From Actinomycetota bacterium (lineage in GTDB: Bacteria; Actinomycetota; Geothermincolia; Geothermincolales; RBG-13-55-18), in contig JACIXB010000016.1 of NCBI GenBank assembly GCA_014360685.1, positions 124,263-188,262 of the forward strand: a stretch of DNA of 64,000 nt. The letters run 5' to 3'. Position 1 is the stretch's first letter. Every line of letters starts with the position of its first letter. This document shows positions 39,992 to 49,674 of the stretch, piece after piece. The notes below the pieces were generated by a model, which was not told the DNA's origin, searched no databases, and saw only the letters and a list, made by a program, of their open reading frames with translations. The position numbers and the translations under genes are program-made.

Positions 39992-42175
39992 ATGAAAGGA
40001 GAACTCTCCCTTTTTATCACCACCGCCTCGGGGCTGCTGAGTCTGGCGATCGGTATCTTCGTGCTCGTCAGGAGACATCGGCGGCTGGCCAACATCCTCT
40101 TCTTCGCCATGTCCTTCTTCCTCGCCCTATGGGCGTTGGGAGACGGCCTGACCATAGCCTCCTCCACCCTCAAGGCCAAGATTTTCTGGACCCGTTTCCA
40201 GGGAATCGGAGAGCTTCCCCTCGTCCCCACCTTCCTGCTGCTGGCCCTGTATTTTCCGCGCACCAGGGCTTTCATGCACGACTGGAGGAAGGCCTTCGCC
40301 GTAATCGCAGCCATATACGCCCCTTTCCTCCTGAGCCTTTTCTTCCTGTATGCCACCGGGATCATATATTCCGATTACTTTTTGGGCGACAACATCCACG
40401 ACCTGGAGGTTGCACGCACCCCTTATTTCTGGTTGCTTACCGGTCTCGGTTTCGCCATGGTGTTGCTGGCCATGCTCTTCCATTTCCTGGAGAGCCGGAG
40501 GAGTGATTCACTGCATCGGCGGCGGGGACTGGTGTGCCTCGCCCTGGCGCCCCTTCCCATGCTCTTGGCCAACCTGGTTCAGAACCTGGGATGGAGCGGT
40601 AGCGTAACCACCCCCCAGGCGGGCATACTCTTCGTGGGTTTGTTGGGCTACGGCATCATGCGGCACGGCCTTTTCCTCGATTTCCGTTCCGCCTCCAAGA
40701 GGGCCCTAGCCCATTCCCTGGCCATGGCCCTCAGCTTGTCCGCATGCCTTCTTTTACTCTTCCTGCTGCGCTATGGGCTCAAGGTGGAACTGGGATGGTT
40801 CGGGATGGCCCTCTTCCTGGTTTGCGCAACCCCCTTGCTCGTAACCTACCCGGCGGTGGTGAGATGGGCCGACAACCTCGTCTCGCGGCGGTTATATCGC
40901 CGCGAAGGCCGTGCGGGTACCGCCCTGGAGGGGCTGAGCAGGTCCATCCGCACGGTAAGGGATCTTCCCGAGCTGGCCGCCGATGTGGCCAGGGTGGTCA
41001 GGGAATCCCTGGAACTGGCGTCCTGCGCCCTCATGGTTCGCGAGAACGATTTTGACCGCTACCGGGTTATCGGGTTCGCCTCTCACCCGGAACACATGGC
41101 CCGCGAACATGTGGGGGTAGTGGAGGCGGGGATGTTCATGCACCCCTGGAGGGACTCCTACAGCTTCGATACTCCCGGGGGGCAATTTACCAGTTATTGG
41201 CAGGTGGGCAAGAGGATTGAACGGGGCGATTGCCGGATCGAGTACCTCAGCCTGGGCGTGCTGCGCATCCACGATGGCGGCGGTGTGGTGAGGGAATCCC
41301 TTTGGGAAGAGAAGGGAGCGGGAGAGGCCATATCCATGCCCCTGGAGGTGGGAGGGGAAAGGGTGGGTTTCCTCTGGCTGGGAGGAAAGATGGACGGTTC
41401 GCGCTTCAGCCTCGAGGAACTGGACCACCTGGTGGCCCTTTCAGCCCAGGTAGCGGTTTCCCTGCTCAACGCGCGTCTGGTGCAGGAAATGACGGACCGG
41501 AACCGGCGCTTGCGCGAACTGGCACAGAAAGTCTCCTTTGCCCAGGAAGAGGAAAGAATACGCATCTCCAGGGAATTGCATGACGGATTGGCTCCTTTCT
41601 TCCTGGACATCCTCTACGCCGTGGATATGCTGGAGCGGGAATCCGGGAAGGCCATGGAATTAGCCGGCGGATTGGCGGAGGTACGGGAACGGGCCCGCCG
41701 GGGACTCGGGGAACTGCGCCGGCTGATCTCCGACCTGCGCCCCTCCTCCCTGGAGGTGCTGGGATTAAGGGATTCGTTGGCTTCCTACCTGGAGAGGTTC
41801 GGCGCCGAAAGCGGCCTGGAGGTGAGTTTCCGATGTCGGGGTCCCCTTCGCGGTCTGGATCCCCTGGCGGAGATAACCTTGTTCCGCGTGGCCCAGGAGG
41901 CTTTGTGCAACGTGGCCCGGCATGCCCGCGCCCGCAGGGTAAGGATGTCGCTCGAGGAGCGTGACGGCCGGGTTTACCTGGAGGTGGAGGACGACGGGGT
42001 GGGCTTCGTGCTCGAAGAAGTTACGCGGAGAAACCCCCTCGGGCAGAGCCTGGGTTTGAAGAACATGGAGGAACGAGCCGAGCTGGCGGGAGGCAAGCTC
42101 GTCGTGCAGACCGGACCGGGGAGAGGAACGAGGGTAAGCCTGCTCGTCCCCAAGGCCGCGGGCCGCCCGTCTTAA
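39992..42175 (+). CDS. sensor histidine kinase: multi-TM N-terminal sensor, GAF-like region, HisKA_3, HATPase_c
   Basis: About 9 predicted TM helices from MKGELSLFITTASGLLSLAIGIFVLV... H-box ISRELHDGLAP. ATPase N/G boxes (QEALCNVARHA...EDDGVGF...GLKNMEERAELAGG). ATG 39962 is an alternative start. The ORF-track start at 39635 lies in low-GC, non-coding-looking sequence. Confidence 0.85.
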   Translation: MKGELSLFITTASGLLSLAIGIFVLVRRHRRLANILFFAMSFFLALWALGDGLTIASSTLKAKIFWTRFQGIGELPLVPTFLLLALYFPRTRAFMHDWRKAFAVIAAIYAPFLLSLFFLYATGIIYSDYFLGDNIHDLEVARTPYFWLLTGLGFAMVLLAMLFHFLESRRSDSLHRRRGLVCLALAPLPMLLANLVQNLGWSGSVTTPQAGILFVGLLGYGIMRHGLFLDFRSASKRALAHSLAMALSLSACLLLLFLLRYGLKVELGWFGMALFLVCATPLLVTYPAVVRWADNLVSRRLYRREGRAGTALEGLSRSIRTVRDLPELAADVARVVRESLELASCALMVRENDFDRYRVIGFASHPEHMAREHVGVVEAGMFMHPWRDSYSFDTPGGQFTSYWQVGKRIERGDCRIEYLSLGVLRIHDGGGVVRESLWEEKGAGEAISMPLEVGGERVGFLWLGGKMDGSRFSLEELDHLVALSAQVAVSLLNARLVQEMTDRNRRLRELAQKVSFAQEEERIRISRELHDGLAPFFLDILYAVDMLERESGKAMELAGGLAEVRERARRGLGELRRLISDLRPSSLEVLGLRDSLASYLERFGAESGLEVSFRCRGPLRGLDPLAEITLFRVAQEALCNVARHARARRVRMSLEERDGRVYLEVEDDGVGFVLEEVTRRNPLGQSLGLKNMEERAELAGGKLVVQTGPGRGTRVSLLVPKAAGRPS

Positions 42176-42184
42176 GGAGGAAGC

Positions 42185-42871
42185 GTGGAAGGGGAAATCC
42201 GCCTGGTGGTGGTGGACGATCACCTCATCGTGCGCATGGGGATAAGCAACCTCCTCAAGGGGACGGAGGGGATATGCCTGGTGGGCGAGGCGGACTGCGG
42301 AAAAGCCGCCATCCAGGCGGCCCGCGCCCTGCGTCCCGATGTCATGCTCCTGGACATAAAACTTCCGGACATGAGCGGCATCGAGGTGATAAGGAACCTC
42401 AAGTCCGACCCGGAGACCTCGCATGTCCAGGTGGTGATCCTCACCGTGTACGACGACATCGAGATCGCGTCGGAGGCCATCCGGGCGGGGGCCATGGGTT
42501 ATATACTCAAGGACCTCTCGCGGAAGGAGCTCCTCGACGCCATTCGAGCCGCTCACATGGGCACCCCCCTGGTCTCCGACAGCGTGGCCAGGAAGCTGGT
42601 GAGCACCCTGTTCCGCACCGAGCGCCTCCCCGGGGCTCCCCTGGGTCCGGAAAAGGGGGAGAGGGCGGAGGAGGAACAGCCGGGGCTGACGGAAAGGGAA
42701 TACGAGGTCCTCAGGCTGGTAGCCAAGGGATACAGCAACAAGACCGTGGCCCGCGAGCTCTCCATCAGCCTGAGCACCGTGAAAACCCACCTCCGACACA
42801 TTTTCCAGAAACTGGGCGTGGAAGACCGCGCCCAGTTGATAATCAAGGCCATCAAGGAAGGCATAATCTGA
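42185..42871 (+). CDS. NarL/LuxR-family two-component response regulator
   Basis: A receiver domain (VVVDDH...DVMLLDIKLPDMSG...) plus a C-terminal LuxR helix-turn-helix (LTEREYEVLRLVAKGYSNKTVARELSISLSTVKTHLRHIFQKLGV). It starts 9 nt after the kinase stop. Confidence 0.9.
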   Translation: MEGEIRLVVVDDHLIVRMGISNLLKGTEGICLVGEADCGKAAIQAARALRPDVMLLDIKLPDMSGIEVIRNLKSDPETSHVQVVILTVYDDIEIASEAIRAGAMGYILKDLSRKELLDAIRAAHMGTPLVSDSVARKLVSTLFRTERLPGAPLGPEKGERAEEEQPGLTEREYEVLRLVAKGYSNKTVARELSISLSTVKTHLRHIFQKLGVEDRAQLIIKAIKEGII

Positions 42872-43090
42872 CCCCGGCCCCCCATGGAGGGAACGAGGGA
42901 TTCCCACGCTCGAGATCGCCGTGCTCTGGTTCGGGGGCACCACACGGGTCAGAAACAAGTGCCCAAGTCGGAAAGGTGGACGCCGGCTTGCGGAGATGCT
43001 ATATTATGGCAAACCTCGACGATGGGGCGGCAAAGGGAAAGGGCGTCAAATTCGTGTACATGGGTGGTCGGATTTCACCGTTTTCGGTAG

Positions 43091-43408
43091 GTGGTCGTGC
43101 GAGGAATACGGACCGACGCCGGTGAACCCTCTGAAGAGGAGCTTTCTTCCCTGCGGAGGATCAAGAAGGAGATAGCCGATTTCTTCGCGGCCAATCCCTT
43201 CCTCCTGGTCAGTGAGGACTGGCTGGCATCCCTTCTATGCAGGCCGGTTCGCCTGGTCGAGGCGGCGGTACGGGAACTGATGGCCGAAAGCGTGCTTGAA
43301 AAGCGCCAACATTACCTGGCGCTGGATTCGGCGGAGGGGCGCTTGGCCCACTTCTTGGCGCCGCATTCGGCGGAGGAGGATCGCGGGGGTTTTCCCGTCC
43401 AGGATTAA
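43091..43408 (+). CDS. hypothetical small protein (105 aa), possibly winged-helix-like
   Basis: The ORF has moderately coding-like codon bias. ...IKKEIADFFAANPFLLVSEDWLASLLCRPVRLVEAAVRELMAESVLEKR... I recognise no family, and the start is uncertain. Confidence 0.35.
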   Translation: MVVRGIRTDAGEPSEEELSSLRRIKKEIADFFAANPFLLVSEDWLASLLCRPVRLVEAAVRELMAESVLEKRQHYLALDSAEGRLAHFLAPHSAEEDRGGFPVQD

Positions 43409-43756
43409 AAAAGAGTTCATCGATATCCCCCTTCCACCGGTGGATCCTCATCAGGCTTTGCCTTGAAGGCGGTGCGCCAATCGCCATGCGGCTCAGCTTT
43501 TAAAACGGGAGATTTGGAGGTTAGGAAAGAAGGAGAGACCGCCCATAATTTCGTTGAAACGGGTAGGAACCGGGCGAGAAGGGGCGGGAGACCTTGCCGG
43601 GGAAGGGCATGTTACGTCCGGTTCCCGTGACGTCCCGGATGATAACCAGGTCACTGTCCGCACGCGGAACTTTCAACCCAAAGGAAAACAAGCCCGTGAT
43701 ATACGAAAGGGAGGGTAGGCGGCCATTCTATTGGATATTTCAACTTTCTGTTAAAT

Positions 43757-43785
43757 TTGATAATTATTGTTAAAATAGTTATATT
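43757..43785 (+). promoter_or_regulatory. candidate promoter TTGATA-17 nt-TATATT in a strongly AT-rich island
   Basis: -35 at 43757-43762, exact 17-nt spacer, -10 at 43780-43785. About 230 nt upstream of the SpoIID-like ATG. Confidence 0.55.
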
Positions 43786-44014
43786 AAAGATCAAAGGAGG
43801 TAGCGAGGTTGAGGTTTAAACCAGGAAGCTCAAGGTGGCTATGCCGGGTATGGTTCCGCTGTCTCCAGGGTGGTACGCTCAACGAGAATGCCGGGAAGCG
43901 CGGGGAGGACGGCAAAACCGGAAGCCCATCCCATGGCTGCGGCCCTTGGTATAAGGGTACGGGGTGCTGAAAACATTTGACCGGGATGGTCCGTAGGCGA
44001 TCGGGGAGGAGAAC

Positions 44015-46201
44015 ATGGGCAAAAACCGCAGGATAGCCCTGTCCATAACCGCCGGCCTTTTACTGGCCTTTCTGGGGACGGCGCCGGGGCCAGTGCCCGG
44101 CGTGGGTACCACGGTGGCCGGTGGGGGGAACGTCACCTTCATCGGCTACGGAAAGGGGCACGGGGTGGGGCTGTGCATGGCCGGCGTCTATTACCGCGCC
44201 CTGCGGGGCGAGGAGTACCATGACATCATCCGCACCTATTACACGGGCGTGAGTTTCTCCCGCATCAGCGACGACATGGTCATCCGGGTCCTCTGCCGTG
44301 ACGGCGTGGTGCGTCCCTACACCATGCGCGAATATCTCTACCGCTTGCAGGAAGAACCGGACACCTGGCCCGCCCAGGGGCTGCGGGTGCTGGTGGTGGC
44401 GGCGCGCACCTACGTCCTCTCCTGCATCGCCCGGGGCAAGCACTCCGCGGACGGCTACGACATATGTCCTTATGGGAGCTGCTGCCAGTCGTTCAACGAG
44501 CAGATCGATCCATCCACCCGACCTAACATCGTGGCCGCGGTCAACGCCACCGCGGGGGAGATAATCACCTACAACGGCCAGCCCATCATCGCCGCCTACG
44601 ACACCTGCTGCGGGGGCTACACGGCGGGTCCGGAGGAGGCCTGGGGCGGTGATCCCGTGCCCTACCTGAGGCCGGTTCCCGACGATGCCTGCGCCCCGGA
44701 CGAGGATCACCACTGGAGGGTCACCATGTCCTGGGGGGACCTGCAGAACCGCCTCAATTCCCGCCCCGAGACGGCGGTGGGAGCCCTTTACGGGGTAGAG
44801 GTCGTCTCCCGGTGGACCTCGGGCCGGGTCAAGGAGATACGCGTCTTCGGGAGCGGGGGGAGCAGGGTGGTCTCCGGGAGGCTCTTCGCCTCCATCGTGG
44901 GGCTTCAAACCCATTTCTTCTACATCGCCTCCCAGAACTTCGACGAATACCTGCTCCTTCAGAACCCCAGCGAGGAGAGCGCCGAGTGCCTCATAACCTA
45001 CATGCTGAACAGCGGGGATACGCTCCAGGAAGAGTGCATCGTGGAGCCCCACAGCCGCCTTACGGTGAAGGTCAACGACCGGGTCCAGAATGCCGAGGTG
45101 TCCATAAAGGTCAGCTCCAATGTGCCGGTGGTGGCCGAGCGGGCTATGTACTTCGATTTCCTGGGCCTGGGGCGCAAGGGTGGCCACGCCTCCCTGGGGC
45201 TCCGTGAGCCGAGGCGGCGGTGGTACTTCGCCGAGGGCTACACGGCGGGCGGTTTCGACACCTTCTTCCTGGTACAGAACCCGGATCCGGCTAACCCGGC
45301 GCATCTGGCGGTTTCCTTCCTGGGCAACGGGGGGGAAGCGGATGAGATGTATTATACGGTGGCCCCCTCCTCCCGCATGACCATTTGGATGGACCAGGAG
45401 CCCGGCCTGGACCAGGGAGAGTTCACGGCGGAGGTGGAGAGCGATGTCCCGGTGGTGGCCGAGCGGGCCGTCTATTTCGGGTACCGGGACTTGGGAGGGG
45501 GGAGCGCCGCCGAGGGCGCTCCCGACCCGGCCACCGTTTGGTACTTCGCCGAGGGCTACACCGGCGGAGGCTTCGATGCCTGGTTCCTCCTGGCCAACCC
45601 CAACCCGGATGAGGTGACCGCGAGGCTCACCTTCTTCCTCCCCGACGGGTCCACGCGGCAAGTGGAGGTACCGGTGGCTTCCAGGAGCAGGGCCACGGTG
45701 AGCGTGGACGATCTTCCGGGCATGGAAAACCAGGAATTCTCCACCCTGGTGGAGGCAGACGCGCCCCTGGTTGCCGAGCGGGCCATGTATTTCAATTGCC
45801 GGGGAAGAAGGGGAGGGCACGACGCCATGGGAATCAGGGAGCTCTCCCGGGACTGGTACTTCGCCGAGGGCTTCACGGGGGGAGATTTCGACACCTGGCT
45901 TCTTCTGGCCAATCCCAACCCCCATCCGGTGAAGGCCGTCCTGACCTTCATGCGCGTGGACGGCAGCCGTAGACAAATAGAGGTGTATCTGACCCCGCGT
46001 TCCCGAGGGACGGTGCACGTGGACGAGATCTCGGGTCTGGAGGATGCCGAGTTCTCCATCCACGTCCTGGCGGACGGGAACATAGCCGCCGAGCGGGCCA
46101 TGTATTTCTCCTACCAGGGAAGGGACGGGGGAAGCTGTTCCCAGGGTACGCCGACTCCCGCCCCGGAATGGTACTTCGCCGAGGGTTACACCGGCAGCTG
46201 A
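44015..46201 (+). CDS. SpoIID/LytB-domain protein fused to four copies of the WYFAEG...AERAMYF domain
   Basis: A signal-like N-terminus (RIALSITAGLLLAFLGTAPG). The SpoIID core includes GKGHGVGLCMAGVYYRALRGEEYHDIIRTYYTG and RVLVVAARTYVL. Residues from about 300 onward are repeat domains. Confidence 0.85.
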   Translation: MGKNRRIALSITAGLLLAFLGTAPGPVPGVGTTVAGGGNVTFIGYGKGHGVGLCMAGVYYRALRGEEYHDIIRTYYTGVSFSRISDDMVIRVLCRDGVVRPYTMREYLYRLQEEPDTWPAQGLRVLVVAARTYVLSCIARGKHSADGYDICPYGSCCQSFNEQIDPSTRPNIVAAVNATAGEIITYNGQPIIAAYDTCCGGYTAGPEEAWGGDPVPYLRPVPDDACAPDEDHHWRVTMSWGDLQNRLNSRPETAVGALYGVEVVSRWTSGRVKEIRVFGSGGSRVVSGRLFASIVGLQTHFFYIASQNFDEYLLLQNPSEESAECLITYMLNSGDTLQEECIVEPHSRLTVKVNDRVQNAEVSIKVSSNVPVVAERAMYFDFLGLGRKGGHASLGLREPRRRWYFAEGYTAGGFDTFFLVQNPDPANPAHLAVSFLGNGGEADEMYYTVAPSSRMTIWMDQEPGLDQGEFTAEVESDVPVVAERAVYFGYRDLGGGSAAEGAPDPATVWYFAEGYTGGGFDAWFLLANPNPDEVTARLTFFLPDGSTRQVEVPVASRSRATVSVDDLPGMENQEFSTLVEADAPLVAERAMYFNCRGRRGGHDAMGIRELSRDWYFAEGFTGGDFDTWLLLANPNPHPVKAVLTFMRVDGSRRQIEVYLTPRSRGTVHVDEISGLEDAEFSIHVLADGNIAAERAMYFSYQGRDGGSCSQGTPTPAPEWYFAEGYTGS
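44915..46198 (+). repeat. four tandem ~105-aa WYFAEG...NPNP...VAERAMYF domains plus a terminal 10-aa stub
   Basis: Units begin at 44915 (degenerate FFYIASQNFDEY), 45221, 45539 and 45854. The protein ends at 46169-46198 with EWYFAEGYTGS, the opening strand of a fifth unit. Confidence 0.85.
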
Positions 46202-46223
46202 GGCGTAATCGCCCTGTCCCAAC

Positions 46224-46245
46224 CCCGCACCGGAGGAGGTGCGGG
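46224..46245 (+). terminator. candidate stem-loop terminator after the SpoIID-like gene
   Basis: CCCGCACC-ggagga-GGTGCGGG: a perfect 8-bp GC stem with a 6-nt loop, 23 nt after the stop. There is no U-tract. Confidence 0.35.
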
Positions 46246-46622
46246 TGGTCGGGGGAGAGGGCGCCATCGAAGGCATTTCCACGTACCCGTTTCAAGCGGA
46301 AAAATACCTGGCAGGGATGGTGTATCGCCCCGCGGGACAAAAAGGCATCCGAATACATGCCGCACGGCCGGGTCACGGGCCTCGGCCGGGGATGGGGGGC
46401 GGATCGGCGGTTGAAATGGAAATACGTTCCAGGGGGCAAGTGCATGCCGGGACGGGACGCCGCCGCTCTCCCCCTGCTCCGAAGGCCGATCCCCGGCGTG
46501 TCCTTCCGGCCCATGAGGATTGCGCGTGACGGGCTCCGAGTCCTTGCACCGTACTCGAAATAAGAGGAGATGCGGTGCTGGAAGCCTGCCGCCCCTGGGG
46601 AAACCCGGTCCCTTCCATGTCG

Positions 46623-46628
46623 TATAAT
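46623..46628 (+). promoter_or_regulatory. candidate -10 TATAAT upstream of eno
   Basis: Perfect hexamer 54 nt before ATG 46682. The -35 is weak. Confidence 0.3.
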
Positions 46629-46669
46629 CGTCATGTACGCCATGTCCTGAGGCCGGAGATAGTGGTTGA

Positions 46670-47956
<1,287 letters not shown>

Positions 47957-48145
47957 TTGCCGTCCTCCCGGTTTTACGACACCCCCGGGCTCAGGCGGAA
48001 GGCTTGTCCGGCTTTAAGCGTATATCGGTTTCTTGCCCCGAAATACGGCGCAACGGCCTTGGAAACGGGAGCGGAAAGCAGACCGGGCTATGTGGGGACG
48101 TCGGGTGGAGGGTCGGGGCGGATTTTACCGGCCGTTCTTGCGTAA

Positions 48146-48346
48146 GTGGCGGGTTCCCCTTCCCGGGCGGGCTGGTTTTGCTCCCCGCCGTATCCCGGGG
48201 GGATGCCGCGGCGGGGACGGGTAGTAGGAAAAGCACCTGATTTTGGCGGTTGCGTTTAAGGAGGTGGCGGGTTCCCCTTCCCGGGCGGGCTGGTTTTGCT
48301 CCCCGCCGTATCCCGGGGGGATGCCGCGGCGGGGACGGGTAGTAGG
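48146..48346 (+). repeat. perfect 83-bp direct repeat, two copies separated by 35 bp
   Basis: 48146-48228 and 48264-48346 are identical base for base (GTGGCGGGTTCCCCTTCCCGGGCGGGCTGGTTTTGCTCCCCGCCGTATCCCGGGGGGATGCCGCGGCGGGGACGGGTAGTAGG). Confidence 0.95.
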
Positions 48347-49429
48347 GGAGGTGGCGGGATTTCAAGGCGTTTTCTGACCATAGTACTGGTCATGCTGGCC
48401 TCCTGCTTCATCCTGGTAGGCCTCAGCTACTACCTTCTTAACCTCTTTTCCGGGATGGTGGCCGTTCCCCGGACAGCGGTGGAGGAGAGGGAGGCTGAAG
48501 GGGAGCTCCTCCTGCCTTTCGAGGAGGAGATAGCCTACATGGAGACCTCCATGGACGGACGCTACCTGGCGACCGTTGCCCGCGGCCGGACGGACGGCGA
48601 GCGGCTCCTGGTCCTGGACCTGGAGGACGGGGGACGGGTGGTGTGGGAGAGGGACATCAGGGGGGACCGGGCGCACTGGGCGGGAGATTCCCTCACCCTG
48701 GTCTTCGAGGATGGCGGGGATATCATGTCCCTGGATCTCAGGCGGGAACCGCCGACCCCGATCGGACTCGCCGCGGGGCCGGAATTCGAGGAAGACCCCC
48801 TTCCATCTCCCGACGGGCGCCGGGTCCTGTACCGGGCTTCCATCGGGGGAGGCAATGGCGACGAGTTCCGGGTGGTGGGGACGGAGGGCGGCGGGGAACC
48901 GTTGATATTCGGGAAGAGCCGAGGGCCGGCGGCCTGGGATCCCTTGGGGAACCGATTTGTTTGCCTGGTTGCGGGGGAAGATTTGAGCGTTGGCCGGGAC
49001 ACGGGATCCATAATCCAGGAGGCGGATGTCCGGGGAGGCGCCTGGGTCGACCGGCACCCATGCAGGGAGGAAGCACGCTACCTGTGGTGGCCGGAACCCG
49101 GCTCTTTTCTCTACGTGGGACCCTATGCCCGGGGCGGGGAGACGCGCGCGGTGTGGTTCGAGGTCAAGCCCTCCGGGGAGGAGGAGAAGAAGTTTTCCAC
49201 GGATGGGCTGGGCGCGGACTTCTCGTCCCGTTTCTTCTACCCGGAGAGAGGGGGGACGCGACTGGCTTATCGGGGCCTGGAAGGCCTGGAGATACTGGAT
49301 ACCCGTCGCCGGGTCATCATCCGCTACCGGGATGTCGGCACGGCCGGTGCCCCGCTGGCCTGGAGAGAGAGCGCCGGGGAGATATTGTGGTGGGGACCCG
49401 GCGGTGTTTATCGCCTCGTCCTGGAATGA
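48296..49429 (+). CDS. membrane-anchored TolB-like (PD40 beta-propeller repeat) protein
   Basis: A TM helix (FLTIVLVMLASCFILVGLSYYLLNLF) followed by propeller-like text (DGRYLATVARG..., PLPSPDGRRVLYRAS...). The start is TTG 48296, inside repeat copy 2, or ATG 48392. Confidence 0.6.
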   Translation: MLPAVSRGDAAAGTGSRGGGGISRRFLTIVLVMLASCFILVGLSYYLLNLFSGMVAVPRTAVEEREAEGELLLPFEEEIAYMETSMDGRYLATVARGRTDGERLLVLDLEDGGRVVWERDIRGDRAHWAGDSLTLVFEDGGDIMSLDLRREPPTPIGLAAGPEFEEDPLPSPDGRRVLYRASIGGGNGDEFRVVGTEGGGEPLIFGKSRGPAAWDPLGNRFVCLVAGEDLSVGRDTGSIIQEADVRGGAWVDRHPCREEARYLWWPEPGSFLYVGPYARGGETRAVWFEVKPSGEEEKKFSTDGLGADFSSRFFYPERGGTRLAYRGLEGLEILDTRRRVIIRYRDVGTAGAPLAWRESAGEILWWGPGGVYRLVLE

Positions 49430-49674
49430 GGGGGCTTGGACGCCCCATGTCGCCCCGGTGCCCGGTAAGGGGACGGGACTGAGGGGGGTGTCGCGGCATG
49501 CGGCAATCCCGCCCGCCGGGGATGGCTCCGGGCATTTCGGGGCGGGGAAGATTGTCGGTTATGGCGCGAGGCCCGCCTCTCCTGGGGTCGGGGCGCGGCG
49601 CATGCCGTGAGCGCGGAAGCGATGTCGGGATTCAGTGCCCGGGTGGCCTTGTGCCACGCGTTGAGGAAAGCGAT

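Noticed and set aside
43860-44014. Possible c-di-AMP (ydaO-type) riboswitch in the leader of the SpoIID-like gene. This riboswitch class often controls wall hydrolases in Actinobacteria. Partial look-alikes such as GCGCGGGGAGGAC and ACGGGGTG are present.
   Set aside because: I could not find the highly conserved ...CCGACAGCUAAC...CGUAAGCG-type core or a convincing closing P1 helix. The resemblance is limited to G-rich words that are common in this genome. It remains listed only as something a cmscan would settle.
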